Positions 21,750 to 34,655 of a DNA stretch of 64,000 bases are shown in pieces (positions within the stretch are counted from its first letter, which is position 1; every line of letters starts with the position of its first letter). The notes below the pieces were generated by a model. That model was given only the letters and a program-made list of their open reading frames with translations. It did not search any database and was not told the DNA's origin. The position numbers and the translations under genes are program-made. The stretch lies in contig CAWBAT010000005.1 of NCBI GenBank assembly GCA_963786955.1, positions 1,184,001-1,248,000 of the forward strand. The letters run 5' to 3'. The stretch is from an uncultured Acidimicrobiia bacterium. Its GTDB lineage: Bacteria > Acidobacteriota > Terriglobia > Versatilivoradales > Versatilivoraceae.

Positions 21750-23135
21750 TCAGAATGTCGACGTTTCGAAGACTAAGAAACGACCCGTGCCAGATAGCCC
21801 TTCCGAGGTGATTCCAGTCACAATGACTTCCCGCAATTGATTCGATTGAATACTCGGGGGCATCGATCGAAATTTTCAAGTAGTTGCTACTCAGTGCGTC
21901 CGCGGATCTCTCCGGCTCATGCCAACGCAAGGTCATGACTCCGATTCTCTTGCCGATGAACTTTTCCCTAAATTCCCGATTCTTACGGGCAGCCAATCTC
22001 CCTCAATTCATTACCTTGCGCTGACCGGTGACTTCACTTCGGCCCAGTCGGTCGCATCAAGGCGGCTGCTGTGCCGGGTCGTTGGGAATAGGGGAATACA
22101 TGGAGATAAGTCATCGGCGCCAGGCTCAAGAGCGATTTTTGTTTCGATGAAGTCTTCTTCCGTCTCGGTAGGGAAACCCACCATGACATCGGCGCCGATG
22201 GCCGCATCTGGAACACGTTGTCGCATTTTCTCGACTAGTCGGCGATAGAACTCCGCGGTATAGGGTCGACGCATGAGGCGCAGTATCCGGTCGGATCCGC
22301 TTTGTAATGGAACATGAAAATGCTTCGCCATCTTGGGCGACTGTGCGATAAGGTCAATGAGATCATCGGTATATTCCAAAGGTTCAATGGAACTTAGCCT
22401 GAGACGTCTCAATCGATCTTCTCGAAGAAGCCTTTAACCAACAGAGCAAGGTTTTCCTTTTCCCCAAGGTCTCTTCCGAATCCGCCCAGGTGGATTCCTG
22501 TTAAGGTGATTTCCTTATACCCCTGGTTTAAAAGTTTCCTGGTTTGGCGAAGGACTTCATCGATGGACAAGCTGCGGGAATTTCCTCGAACTGAAGGAAT
22601 CACGCAAAAAGAACAACGATAACTGCACCCATCCTGAACCTTCAAAACGGGGCGCGTTCTGTCTGCCCCTCCTGGATCTCCGATCGTCCGAAGCTCGCGG
22701 GACTCGAAGATGCTGCTGCAATAGACTGTCGCCCCTGAAGCTCGAAAATGGTTTATTGTCTGGGGATCCCGCAGCATCGCTTAGTTGCCTCTCCCTTTGC
22801 GTCACAATCGAGACCAACTGATCTTTGTGCGAGTTCCCGACTACGCAAGACACCCCACTGATGGCAGCCACCTCGCCCGGCACACGCTGCGCATAACAGC
22901 CTGTGACAACCACACGGGCAGTAGGATTTTCTCGATGAACTCGGCGAATCATGGTGCGGGCTTCAGCGTCAGCGGCGTGGGTTACCGTGCAGGTATTGAT
23001 GACAACAATATCAGAGCGGTTCCACTCCTCGGATTTCTGAAAGCGATTATTCAAGAAAGCCTGTTCCAAAGCGGCGCCATCGGCTTGAGTCGCTCGGCAC
23101 CCGAAATTAATAATTTTGAAAGTCTTTGACTGCAT
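21750..23135 (-). CDS. mtaB: tRNA N6-threonylcarbamoyladenosine(37) methylthiotransferase; frameshifted
   Basis: FGCRATQAD, INTCTVT, VTGCYAQ, radical SAM KVQDGCSYRCSFC, RLSSIEP, LQSGSD, VGFP. Confidence 0.9.
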
Positions 23136-23139
23136 GGCC

Positions 23140-24198
23140 CTATTTTGTCCCTGGTCTGCTGAGAACCCCTACATCGGACAAGACCTTCTGAGCCATGAGA
23201 TTTTTAATGGGGGTCTCGTTTCTAACAACGTCAAGATAGGCATTTTTCAAGAGCGATTCTTTGCGATTGAAAATAATCTGACGAATGTCTGCCTGAACCT
23301 TGGGGTCGCTGAGTTCGCGTTGCCCTCCGGCTTCTTTTTCGATGAGTTTGACAAGATGGTATCCATATTTCGTCATTACGGGATCCGGAACGTTTCCCCT
23401 ACTTTCAGGCTTTGGACCGCTTGACGAAATCTGGGATCGATGGTTTCCAACTGCTGAGCGCTCAAGAGCCGGAGGTCTCCTCCGGACTGGGCTGACGTGC
23501 TGTCTTCCGAATAGTCTCTAGCCAAGATGGCGAAATCCATGCCGCTCTGGAGCTGTTTCAAGAGAGAGATCACTTTCTGCCGGGCGGCCTCGTCCGTCTT
23601 CGCGTCGTCGCCCTTACCGTTACTGATTTGAGGTTCGGCGAAGGGAGTCACTAGGATATGTTGAACATGCCAGCTCTCTGGCAAGTTGTAGTTGCCTTTA
23701 TTTCGAACAAAGTACTCATTAATTTCCGCTTCCGTGACCGAAATCTTCGAGGTGATTTCTTTGTTATAGAGCTTCTCAATCGTTGCACTCTTTCCTAATT
23801 TCTTTCTTGATGCTCGTCAACCGTAACGCCCTGGTCTTTGAGAAATTGTTGAAACTTTTCTTCCGTAAAATCTTTCTTGAAATCATTGAAGCGGACATTA
23901 ACCTCCTCATCACTGGCAGTAAGTTTGTCAATCGCAGCCCGTTGCATCAGCATTTCATCACTGATCAGTTGCGACAAGATGGTCAAACGTAGGGTCAAGA
24001 TTTCCTCTGGTGAGAGGGGCTGAGCTAGACTGTTTGAGCCGATTTTGATAAATCTTTTCAACGTCGTTATCTTTGATCGTTGTCTGATTCACAACGGCGA
24101 CGGTATCGGGTGAAATCTTGGGGCCCGACTGGCAGCCCATACAGATTACGCAAAGCCACCCAAACCATACCGAAAATCCATTGAAGTCTAATGTTCAC
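23140..24198 (-). CDS. SurA/PrsA-like parvulin peptidyl-prolyl isomerase lipoprotein; frameshifted
   Basis: Lipobox-like ...ICMGC, VAVVNQ, HVQHILV, DFAILARDYSED...GGDL, TKYGYHLVKL. Confidence 0.85.
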
Positions 24199-24363
24199 GC
24201 CTGCCTCCTGTGCCTTTATGATGGCCACTTATACTACCACCGCCCCATGTAGGGTACAACAGATTGAATGGGATGGAGTTCCCCAGCGTGGGATCATAAA
24301 AGGATCTTGAAACGGATCTCTTTTTGACTTCTTAAAGCCCTAATTAGTGAAACCGAGAACTAA

Positions 24364-24496
24364 GTACTGCTCTTCATAAAGACGGTGACGGTAACGCCGG
24401 GGCGGTGACCGGGCCTACAACTTTGTAGGTCGCGTGCCCCCCCCCCGACACAGCGCCTATCCTGAGATACGTCACCCTAATTACAAATAGCAATAC
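24364..24496. mobile_element. MITE-like element with IS630-type terminal inverted repeats, containing a GTAG-type REP doublet
   Basis: 24360-24390 and 24470-24500 are inverted repeats (23/31 by manual alignment); TAA direct repeats flank the element at 24361-63 and 24497-99. Confidence 0.6.
24395..24455. repeat. Inverted pair of GTAG-headed REP-like palindromes
   Basis: ...CCGGGCCTAC-aacttt-GTAGGTCGCGTGCCCC...: two related GTAGG-headed GC-rich units, back to back. Confidence 0.55.
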
Positions 24497-25248
24497 TAAG
24501 GGGCAGATGGCTTCCGACCATAGTTGATCGCGATGATTCCTCCTCCAAAAACAGATAGCCCGTATCCTCAAATCCGGCTTTGTCCATGAGTATTTGGACG
24601 CCGTGCTGCGCAGGATAAAGCTTCAGCGATTCCGAGATATAGCGGTAGACGTCAGGATCCCCGTGCATGACCCAACCCAATAGGGAGCCCATAACCGTAA
24701 GATAACCTAAATACGCACGGCAGTAAAAAGGATTGACAGGTTTCGCAAAATCCAAGGAGAGAAATCTTCCGCCCGGTTTGAGCATTCTGAAGACTTCTGA
24801 CAACAAACAAGCGATATCGGGAACATTGCGAACACCATAGCCAACGGTAATCCGGTCAAAGGTGTTGGCGTGAAACTCAAGCCGGGTGATATCACCGACT
24901 TCAAATTCAATGCCATTGATTCCCAATTGTTGTTTTTTTCGGCTAGCAATCTCAATCATACCGGGAGTGATGTCTACACCCAGGACCCGTCCTGTTGAGA
25001 CCATTTTCGCCAGCATGAAAGTGATATCGCCCGTCCCGCAGGCCAAGTCCAGAATAAGTGATGCGGTTGAACATCAGTCCATCGAACCAGCTTCTTTTTT
25101 CCAACGTCGGTCTTGCCCATAGGAAAGCAGAGCGGTCACAAGGTCGTAGCGGGGGGCGATCTTGGAAAACATCTGGTTGACATACAGCTGTTTTTTTTCC
25201 TTTCGAGTTGATGAATTCCTTCATATTCAGTCGGCTTGGATTAGCCAT
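24496..25248 (-). CDS. ubiE: Ubiquinone/menaquinone biosynthesis C-methyltransferase; frameshifted
   Basis: [46 protein letters not shown]; the corrected end reads [17 protein letters not shown]. Confidence 0.88.
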
Positions 25249-25352
25249 TGAGTCACATCTTTCTCGATCGGGTAATGATCGAATTGTGCCTGCACGGCGT
25301 GGTAGTATTGGTGAAACTCCCGAGGGCAGCCGTTTGGTCAGATACCCTGACC

Positions 25353-26728
25353 TCATTTTTTCTCAGCTTTTTCACGGATCCTGTTTCACTTTACTACGCC
25401 ATTCTTTCAAACGCTCGCTCACCGTTGCTTCATAACCCTCTCCAGACGGTGTGAAGTAAGTTCTCCCGGCAAGAGAAGGTGGAAGACAATTCATATCCGT
25501 TACGCGTTCTGCAAAAGTGATGGGCGTATTTGTACCCCTTCCCATAACCCAGATCCTTCATGAGGCTGGTTGGCGCATTTCTTAAATGTAAGGGGACCGG
25601 ATCCGCGAGAGTCATTTTGATGTCCTGGAGGGCAGAGTCATAGGCCTTATATATAGCGTTCGACTTTGGGGCAGTTGCCATATAGACTGCTGCTTCCGCG
25701 AGGGCAAAGTGCCTTCCGGAAGTCCAATGAAATGGAACGCCTGCATGGCACTGACCGCCATGAGACAAAGCTGCAGGATCAGCCAATCCCACATCTTCGG
25801 ACGCAAAGCGGACAATCCGCCGGGCAATGTAAAGCGGATCCTCTCCGGACTCAAGCATCCGACCGAGCCAATATAAGGTAGCGTCAGGGTCGCTATTCCG
25901 CATGGACTTATGGAGAGCAGAAATCAGGTTGAAATGTTCCTCGCCGGACTTGTCGTAAAGCAGCATTTTCCGCTGGAAAGTATCTGCTAATAGTTGCGGG
26001 GTAATGATCTTCTTATTTGTTGTCTGACAAAGGAGTTAGCTGAAATGCCAGCTCTAGCGTGTTATAGGCAGTTCGGGCGTCTCCGTTGGCAAAAACCGCG
26101 ATTTGAGCCAATAAGTCATCCGTGATTTCAATGGGTTCGGCACCGAGGCCTTTCTCTTGTTCAGATAAGGCTTTTTCAGAAGGAATAGGATGTCTTCAAC
26201 CGTCAATGGCTCAAGTACGTATACTTTGGAGCGCGACAACAATGCCGCATTGATTTCAAACGAAGGGTTTTCAGTGGTGGCACCGATCAAGATAATATTT
26301 CCTGTCTCGACATGCGGGAGGAATGCGTCCTGTTGGGATTTGTTGAACCGGTGGATTTCATCAATAAACAGAATTGTTTTCCGGCCGTAAGCACGAACTC
26401 TCTCGGCCTCCGACATCACGGCTTTGATTTCCTTTATTCCTGCAAGAACCGCACTGAAAGGAATGAAATCAGAGTGTGTCAAATTGGCAATAACGTGGGC
26501 AAGGGAAGTTTTCCCGGTGCCCGGTGGGCCCCAAAGGATGATGGATCGAAGCTCATCTCTCTCAATACCGACTCTTAGGGGTTTCCCAGGCGCCAGCAAA
26601 TGCCTTTGCCCGACAAGCTCCTCCAACTTTTGGGGGCGCATTCGATCGGCAAGAGGCGTACTTCGATCAGTCGCCTTCTTTAATCCATTCTGGAGATTGG
26701 AAAACAAATCCATATTCATTCTGGCCAC
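25353..26728 (-). CDS. rarA: Replication-associated recombination protein A; frameshifted
   Basis: [63 protein letters not shown]. Confidence 0.93.
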
Positions 26729-26762
26729 ACCCTCAAAAGGAAAGACCCCGACATCCGGAAAA

Positions 26763-27569
26763 TCATTGTCTTTGGCGTGTTTTTCGTTGCTCAGCGGCTT
26801 GACAAAGTATGATGGAAGAAGCGACCGCTACATTAAGCGACTCTACTGAAGAGGAAATCGGGATGGTTATCTGGCGCTCGACTTGATCGAGAATATTACT
26901 GTCCAGCCCCCTTGCTTCATTCCCTAAAATTAAGACGACCCGCCCGCGATAATCAATGTCACGAAAGCCATCCCTTTGCCTGGGCCAGTGGCGTATACTC
27001 GGTAGTTGTTTTCGCCAAACAGTGCCAAAGTCGCTTGAATGTCCCAACCAGGAAAACAGGGAACCCGGAACACCGAGCCCGCAGACGCCCGAATAGCCTT
27101 TGAATTATAAGGGTTGACAGAATTCTTGCTCAGAATAATGGCGTCTGCCCCAAAAGCTTCCGCGGAACGCAAAAGAGTTCCCAGGTTTCCAGGATCTTGA
27201 ATGCAATGCGTCAAAGACAATGAGAGAATCTTTGGTAAGAATTCTTTTGAAGCTCCATTTTGGGAGGAATACCAAAGCGGATACGCCCTGAGGCGTTTCC
27301 GTACTGGAAATTTCACTGAAAACCTTTTCGGACAATTGGATGACCGTGGCTTGGTAGGTCTTAGAGCTTTTTAGCAGGTCCTCCAAGAGTTTCATTTTCC
27401 GAGTCTGTTCGCTCACATAAAAGGAGTCCACATCCAAGCGGCTTTTAAGCGCTTCCTCAATGAGCGTAATCCCTTCGACAAGAACACGACCCCGTGAATC
27501 CGGCCAACCTTCTCGAATCTGATCCCTGATTTTTTTGACTTGATTGTTGGCTGTTGAGCGGATGATCAA
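26763..27569 (-). CDS. TrmH-family (SPOUT) RNA methyltransferase; frameshifted
   Basis: [33 protein letters not shown] and VESLNVAVA motifs. Confidence 0.9.
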
Positions 27570-27636
27570 GTATTCACTCCCTGGCTATATCCATTCATTG
27601 ACCGTACCCGAAAATTTATGTTAATTTGCTAACCGA

Positions 27637-28275
27637 ATGATTACACAACGAATTAGGATACAAGATAGCACGATTGATGATTCTGTTCTGCAGGTTGCTC
27701 TGGCATCGATTGAGAACGGGAACATCATTTCTGTCCCCACTGAAACATTCTACGTCTTGTGCGCGGACCCGTTCAACCTAAGGGTTATTGAAGAGATCTT
27801 CCTCATTACTAAACGGAAGGAGTGGAAGCCTCTTCTCCTACTTGCAGACTCGATAGACCAGGTTGAAGTCATGACGTCAGGTCTGCAAAGAGCCTTTTTA
27901 TGAAATCGCAGAAAATTTCTGGCCTGGGCCACTGACCCTTATTCTCCCGGCAGCAAATCACGTCCCATTGAAGATTACTGGAGGAACGGGTACCGTAGGA
28001 GTCCGGATTCCTGATTCAAAGGTACTCGAACGTTAATTCGGTCATTTGATAGCCCTGTTACTGGGACGAGTGCCAATCTTTCGACTCACCCGGTATGCTC
28101 GACCGCAGATGATGTCTTGATCCAGTTAGGGGGAAAAATTGACCTGATTCTTGACCAGGGGGATACCCGAGGGAGAGCACCGTCTACAATCCTAGATCTT
28201 ACTCGAGACCCCATTCGCGTCGTACGCGAAGGCGCTATTCCCCTTGAGAGGTTTTCTTCTTACTTGTCTCCATGA
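27637..28275 (+). CDS. tsaC: L-threonylcarbamoyladenylate synthase (YrdC/TsaC); frameshifted
   Basis: PTETFY, KRxxxKPL, FWPGPLT, GVRIP, TGTSANLS and PSTI motifs across frames. Confidence 0.88.
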
Positions 28276-28910
28276 AAGAGCGTGGAAAGAGAGTCCTTTT
28301 CCAGATATTATTCGCCTATCTTCCATCTTTACTCCTGGCCTACATTCTTGTTCTCTATGTCCTGATTCGACGTAGTGCGGCGCTTGATGAATCTCAGCCA
28401 GCCGACATCATTTTCGTCTTAGGGGCTGCCCAATATAACGGGAGGCCTTCCCCGGTATTTAAGTCCCGATTAGATCATGCAGCAGCTCTCTTTAAAGAGA
28501 AATTTGCCGGTAAGATCATGACTACGGGAGGATATGGTTTTGACCCGAGGTACTCTGAGGCGGGGGTGGGCAAGCTGTATCTGATGAAGCAGAGCATCCC
28601 GGAGGATTGCATCTACACTGAGCCCAGCGGTCTGACAACCGGTGAGAGTATTGAAAGGGCCATCGAATTTCTCAAACAGCATAATTTTACCCGGGTTATT
28701 GCTGTCAGTGATGGCTTTCATCTGTTCCGGATTAGAAGAATCTTTCGAGATCATGAAATCACGACCTTTGGTTCGCCGGCTCAACATAGTGTCATTGAAT
28801 CCAATTTTCGCTCCCGCACGCTGGCTTCTTTACGTGAGGTATTCATCTTCACAGCCTACATGGCGCGACACCATCTCCATATATCTTTTCCATTCTCCGA
28901 GATGTCCTGA
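28272..28910 (+). CDS. YdcF/DUF218-family protein
   Basis: N-terminal TM, VLGAA, RLDHA, TGG, SEA and VSDGFHLFR motifs. Confidence 0.9.
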   Translation: MKERGKRVLFQILFAYLPSLLLAYILVLYVLIRRSAALDESQPADIIFVLGAAQYNGRPSPVFKSRLDHAAALFKEKFAGKIMTTGGYGFDPRYSEAGVGKLYLMKQSIPEDCIYTEPSGLTTGESIERAIEFLKQHNFTRVIAVSDGFHLFRIRRIFRDHEITTFGSPAQHSVIESNFRSRTLASLREVFIFTAYMARHHLHISFPFSEMS

Positions 28911-28911
28911 G

Positions 28912-30489
28912 TCACTGATTCCTCTTAATTTTCAAGGTCTGGACAAAGTCAAAATTTCCAGCCGGAGACAACTCGATTTCCGAAAGGCGACGGTTGTACA
29001 CGCAAACGGTGTCCATATACCAGAGGCTGATGTAGGGCAGATCATCAGCAAGAATCTTTTGAATTCTGGAATAAGCCGTACGTCTTTTCTCCAGGTTGGA
29101 CTCTTGGCGGGCCTCATCAATCAGCAGGTCCACTTCAGGATTCTCGTATCGACCACGATTATACCCTTTAGGGGGAACTTCGCGGGAATGGAACGCTCTT
29201 TCAAAGAGGTCGGGGTCATTATTTCCTCCAATCCATCGCAGTGAGTAAATTTGAAAATTGCCTCTCACAATGTCTGCATAAAAAGTGCCGAATTCGTAGG
29301 AACGAAGGTCCACCGCAATGCCAACCTCCTTCAAGGCTTGTTGAATAATTGCAGCCACCTGTCGGGAAGACTCCTCTGTAGAGGTCCTGAACGTCAATCT
29401 AAAACGTGGCAGAGGCCCCTTGCCATCGGGATCTTTCCAGCCAGCCATGTCGAGCAGATTACGGGCCTTTTCCGGATCATAGGAATAGCGCTCCAACTCG
29501 GGCTCATAAGCCCAGTGATTCGGAGGAAGCAAACTCGAGGCTGGGATAACCAGACCGCGCCAATAGTAGCGGATAATGTCCTCCCGTGGAATTGCATAGG
29601 CAATTGCTTTTCGTACTTTCTTATCCCGAAGAACGAGATCTTTGAGATTTAATCCGATGTACTGGTAATTGGTTCCTGGAACAGCTCGCCACTCGAAGAT
29701 GGGGTTCGCGCTAAGAGCCATCACGAAATCAGGGGTCAACACGTTTTGAGCAATATCAATGGATCCCTTTCGTAATTCCAAAGCCCGGGTTGTGGAGTCC
29801 GGAATGACCATAAACCGGATGCGGCCTGCGGCGGGGGAGTCCTCCGAAATAGTCGAGATTTGCTTCGAGAAGAAGTTCTTCTTCGTGCGAGTAAGAGACA
29901 AAACGATAGGGGCCCGAGCCTACCGGGTTGCGTTGAAAGTCTTTGCCCGACCCATAGGGTACGATCCCAATCCCTCCGTTTGTCAAGTTCCAGAGAAATC
30001 CGGCAAAAGGTTCCTTCAACCGGAAAACAATGGTGTGCTCATCCGGTGTTTCTATCGACTGGATAAGCTGGAAGGTGGAAGATTTCGGGGAAACGAGCGA
30101 GCCATTCAGGAGAGATTCAAAGGTATATTTCACATCCCTCGCCGTCAGTGGACCTTCCGTCATGAAACTTCACTCCAGACCGGAGGTAAAAGCAGTAGGT
30201 CAGTGGATCGAGGGATTCCCAGCGGGTCGCAAGGTCTGGTAGGATTTCAAATCTTCTTCCCCTACGGACCAGAGAACTAAAAATCAGTTGTTGAATTCGT
30301 TCCGATTCCGCACTTAATCCAATGCGAGGATCCAGACTGGTAGGTCCGGCTTCCAGCGCGATCGTAATGGCTGGGTCCATGGTGCGGGGATGACCCGCAG
30401 CCCTGATGAACACCAGCGAGTATCAAACCTAATACGAGCCACATAGTTTTCCGGGAGCAAAAAATTTTGACTTGTAAGGATTTGAGCAT
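28912..30489 (-). CDS. Peptide/nickel ABC transporter substrate-binding protein (family 5); frameshifted
   Basis: SLDPR, PDLATRW, FHDGxxLTARDVKYTF, PVGSGPYRF, VRKAIAYAI. Confidence 0.9.
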
Positions 30490-30629
30490 GGTCCGTCAGG
30501 AGGACAAACAATTGAGATCCGTCAATGGGTGACAAAGTATGCATTGGCCTCTTTGAATCTGCCATTAAGAACCCAGGGCCGGGAAGAGCGAACACTTCGA
30601 GGCCATTAATAAACAAAGTCAGCGCTTTG

Positions 30630-31828
30630 CTACGAGGCCGGATACGTTTGAAATTCTTTCCGATAAATGATCTTCCCCAAGACCGTCATATGGCGTGCGC
30701 CCGTGGCTGATGGTACATTCCCGGGATGAAAATGCAGCGTCTCATTAGCGAGGATGGCAAAACCAATAGCCTCTTTAGCTATAGACGGGATTCCCAATTC
30801 ATCCGATGCCAAAACATCCAGCTGGGATAAGACTTTCTTGATCCTCTGCATCAGGTAGGAATTTCTGGAACCTCCGCCCGATACAATCAGCTGGCGAATT
30901 GAGGGTTTTCCGAGCGATAAAAGGATCGATGGCCTTCGCAATAGTCTGTACGGTGAGCTCCGTTGCCGTGCATATCAAGTCCTCTAAACAGAAAGAATTT
31001 CCTAATCGAAGCAGTTCTTCGAGGAAAGCCATTCCAAATTGCTCTCGACCTGCCGTCTTCGGAGGGGGAAGAGAGAAGTAAGGTTGCCGAACTAGTTTCT
31101 TGAGAAGCGCCGGGATGATTTTTCCACTTCGGGCGATTTCTCCGTCTCGATCGAATCCCATTTCATTGTGGGTCATCCGTCGGACCAACCCATCAATCAC
31201 CATGTTACCGGGCCCAGTATCAAAAGCCACGATTTCTGCCAGCGTGAGTGGCTGCTGGAAGAACTGTCACATTGGCGATACCCCCAATATTTAAGAGGAT
31301 ACGACCGTGCCGTGGATGTCGAAAAAGCAAATAGTCCACATAGGGGTATGAGGGGAGCACCTTTGCCACCCGCGGCCATATCCCGCGGTCTAAAATCACA
31401 GATCGTCGTTATCCCGGTTTGTTCCGCGATGATTGAAGCTTCCCCAATCTGTAGAGTCGATGCCAAAGTCCGACCGCAAAAGGCATCCGGCTCCGATTGA
31501 TGGAAGATCGTTTGCCCATGGGAACCGACCAGGTCAATCTGGTTGATCTTAACGCGGGCCTCCTCACATAACTTAAGAATCGCCTCTGCATAGAGTGTTC
31601 CGATCAAAAAGTTCATCTGGCTGATCACCTTGGGACGGAACAGGCGATCCTGAAGCGATCTGGAGAAGTTCTCGGTGGACCTCGAGAATCAAAGGGGATG
31701 GAGATAAAATGCCGCAACACAATTCGCGTCTGCCGACCTGCCCCAAAAATCTCCACCAGAGCAGCATCGACACCGTCTAGAGAGGTTCCCGACATTAATC
31801 CGATAACAAGTTTGGAGTTCTTGGGCAA
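30630..31828 (-). CDS. anmK: Anhydro-N-acetylmuramic acid kinase; frameshifted
   Basis: IGLMSGTSLDGVD, GSHGQTIFH, DFRPRDMAAGGKGAPL, FDTGPGN, PPKTAGRE, KEAIGFA. Confidence 0.93.
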
Positions 31829-34453
31829 TTATTCTTCTACTTTCGATTTAAATTCATTCAATTTTTGCAAAGCCTGTAGAGGAGTAAGCTCGTCAGGATT
31901 TATTTGGCGGAGTTCTTCAAGCACTTCATGATCACTCAGGACAAACAAATTCAGTTGATTCTCCAAGGAGGTTTGCTTTCGTTTGAAACTTCGCGTCAGT
32001 TGATCGCTGATTTCGTGTTCCCCCTCTTCATGCTTTTTCAGAATGTCGCGAGCTCTTTCCAAGACGCTGGAGGGGAGGCCAGCAAGCCTGGCGACTTCAA
32101 TCCCGTAACTCTTATCTGCTGCTCCCGGCTCCACCTTTCGAAGAAAAATAATTTCTTGACCCACTTCCTTGACGGAGACATGGTAGTTCTTCACTCCAGG
32201 CAAAAGATCTGCCAGCTCGGTCAGTTCATGGTAATGAGTCGCGAACAAGACTTTGGAACGCAAGTGACAATGGAGGAATTCGATGACTGCCCAGGCTATC
32301 GCCAATCCATCAAATGTGGCTGTTCCGCGTCCAATTTCATCCAAAATGACAAGGCTTCGGGAAGAAGCGGCATTGAGAATCACTGCCGTTTCGGTCATCT
32401 CAACCATAAAGGTGGAGCGGCCGCGTGCGAGATTATCGGTTGCGCCGATTCGAGTGAAAATACGATCAATCAGCGGCAATCGCGCATAGTCTGCCGGGAC
32501 AAAAGAACCCATTTGCGCCATGATGGAAAAAAGAGCCGTCTGCCGGAGGTACGTCGATTTTCCTCCCATGTTTGGTCCGGTAATGATGAGGATTTGATCG
32601 GTGGAATCATTTAGATAGAGATCATTGGGAATGAACTTTCCAAGCGAAAGTTGATCGGTGAGCTGTTCGATGACCGGGTGGCGACCTCCTTTCACGATAA
32701 ACTCGCCATCGGGTGCAATTTCTGGTCTGACATAAGAATGGGAATGCGCCACTTCAGTGAGAGAAATCAAGCAGTCTAATTGTGCCAGGGCCGATGCGCA
32801 TCGCCTGATCCGTCACTGCTTCCAGCGCAACTTTGGAACGAAGTTCTGTAAAGAGCTCATATTCAATTTCTACCATCCGGTCTTCTGCCCCAAGAACTTT
32901 ACGTTCATATTCCTTTAGTTCAGAAGTTGTAAACCGCTCAGCGCCGACCAGGGTTTGTTTCCTTTCGTAATGTGAAGGAACCAGGCCCAGATGGGACCTG
33001 GACACCTCGAGGTAATATCCAAAAATGTTATTAAACCTTACCTTTAGATTACTAATCCCGGAAAGAGAACGTTCACGGGACTCCAATTCTGCGATAAATT
33101 GCTTCCCTGAGGTACTGATCTGACGAAGCTCATCGAGCTCACTATGGTAGCCCTCTCGAATCAATCCGCCCTCAGTGAGCAGGATAGGAGGGTTATCTTT
33201 TAGAGCTTTTCCGATGAGTTCGGCAACGTCCTCCAATGGATCTGCCAAGTGGTTCAGTTCTTGGAGGCGCCGCGTGGCGAATGATCCCAAGCGGGTTTTG
33301 AGGAAAGGGATTTGTTCCAGGGATTGTCGGAGAGCGACAAGGTCCCGCCCGTTGGCTGTAGACAGCGTTACCTTGGAAAGCAATCGCTCGACATCGTAGA
33401 CCTTCTGAAGAAGTTTCTTAATTTCTTCGCGCTCGATCAATTTCCCTTTTAGTTCAGTAATGACATCTAGCCGCAATTGGATCTCGTTCAAATCAATTTC
33501 AGGGCGCAGCAACCAGCTTCTGAGCAATCGTGCGCCCATGCCCGTCGAAGTTCGATCCAGACAAGAAATCAAAGTCGCATGTCTGGTACCGTCGAAGAGA
33601 GATTCCACTAACTCAAGGTTACGGACCGTCGAGGAATCCAGTACCAGTGCTCCGCTCAGATCGTAGTATTTCAAATGGTCGATATGGCTTAGCCGGGCTT
33701 TCTGGGTGTCCTTCACATAATGTAAAACTGCTCCAGCCGCGGCCACAGCGAGCTTACGATCCTGGCAACCGAATCCTTCAAGGCTCATCACTCCAAAATG
33801 CTCGGTCAGCGTGCGTTCGGCGTAGTCTGTCGAAAAGATCCAATCTTCAATGATTGTTTGTGACGGGATAAACTGGACAATTTGGTGAAGCCTTTCGTGC
33901 GGCGGGAGAGAGGCATGAATCAGTTCTTTTGGTCTAAGGCGTTCTAGCTCGGTCTGAAACTGTTCAAAGCGTTTTCTCCCTTGAACTCCGTGGTCTGAAA
34001 GTCTCCCGTCGAAATATCGAGGGAAGCCAGGCCCACGCCGCTCCGATCTACCCACAGGGCACTCAAGAAATTGTTCTCCTGTGGTTCCAACAGGTTTCCG
34101 TCGGCAACCGTACCCGGAGTCAATACTCGGCTGACTTCCCGTCGAACCAGTTTTTGTGAAGGTTTGGGTCGTTCAACTTGGTCGCAGACGGCAATTTTGT
34201 ATCCTTTCCTGACGAGTTTTGCCATATAACTGTCTGCGGCGTGATACGGGACTCCACACATGGGTACGGACAGCCCTTTTTCCTTGTTTCGGGAAGTGAG
34301 GGTGATCTCCAGTTCACGGGAGGCGACTACAGCGTCCTCAAAGAAGAGTTCATAGAAATCCCCCAGACGAAAGAAGACGAGCGCATGCGGATATTCTTTC
34401 TTCACCCGATGGTACTGCGTCATCATAGGGGTTGAGGGTTCCATGGAATCCAT
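31829..34453 (-). CDS. mutS: DNA mismatch repair protein MutS; frameshifted
   Basis: [59 protein letters not shown]. Confidence 0.96.
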
Positions 34454-34655
34454 TCTCCCTTGGCAGGAGGGGTCATGCGGAGAAACGGTTGGTGCCAAAA
34501 ATCCTGGAAGTATATAATTCCGGTGTTTACGAGTGTCAACGCGACCCGTTCCCGGTTGGCGGGCCTCGTGTACACAATACATTTAAACTCCGCATAGGGA
34601 GAAAAGAAAAAAGATCTTCTCGTGTTTTCGAATTCTCTGATGTGACCTCGGTCAA

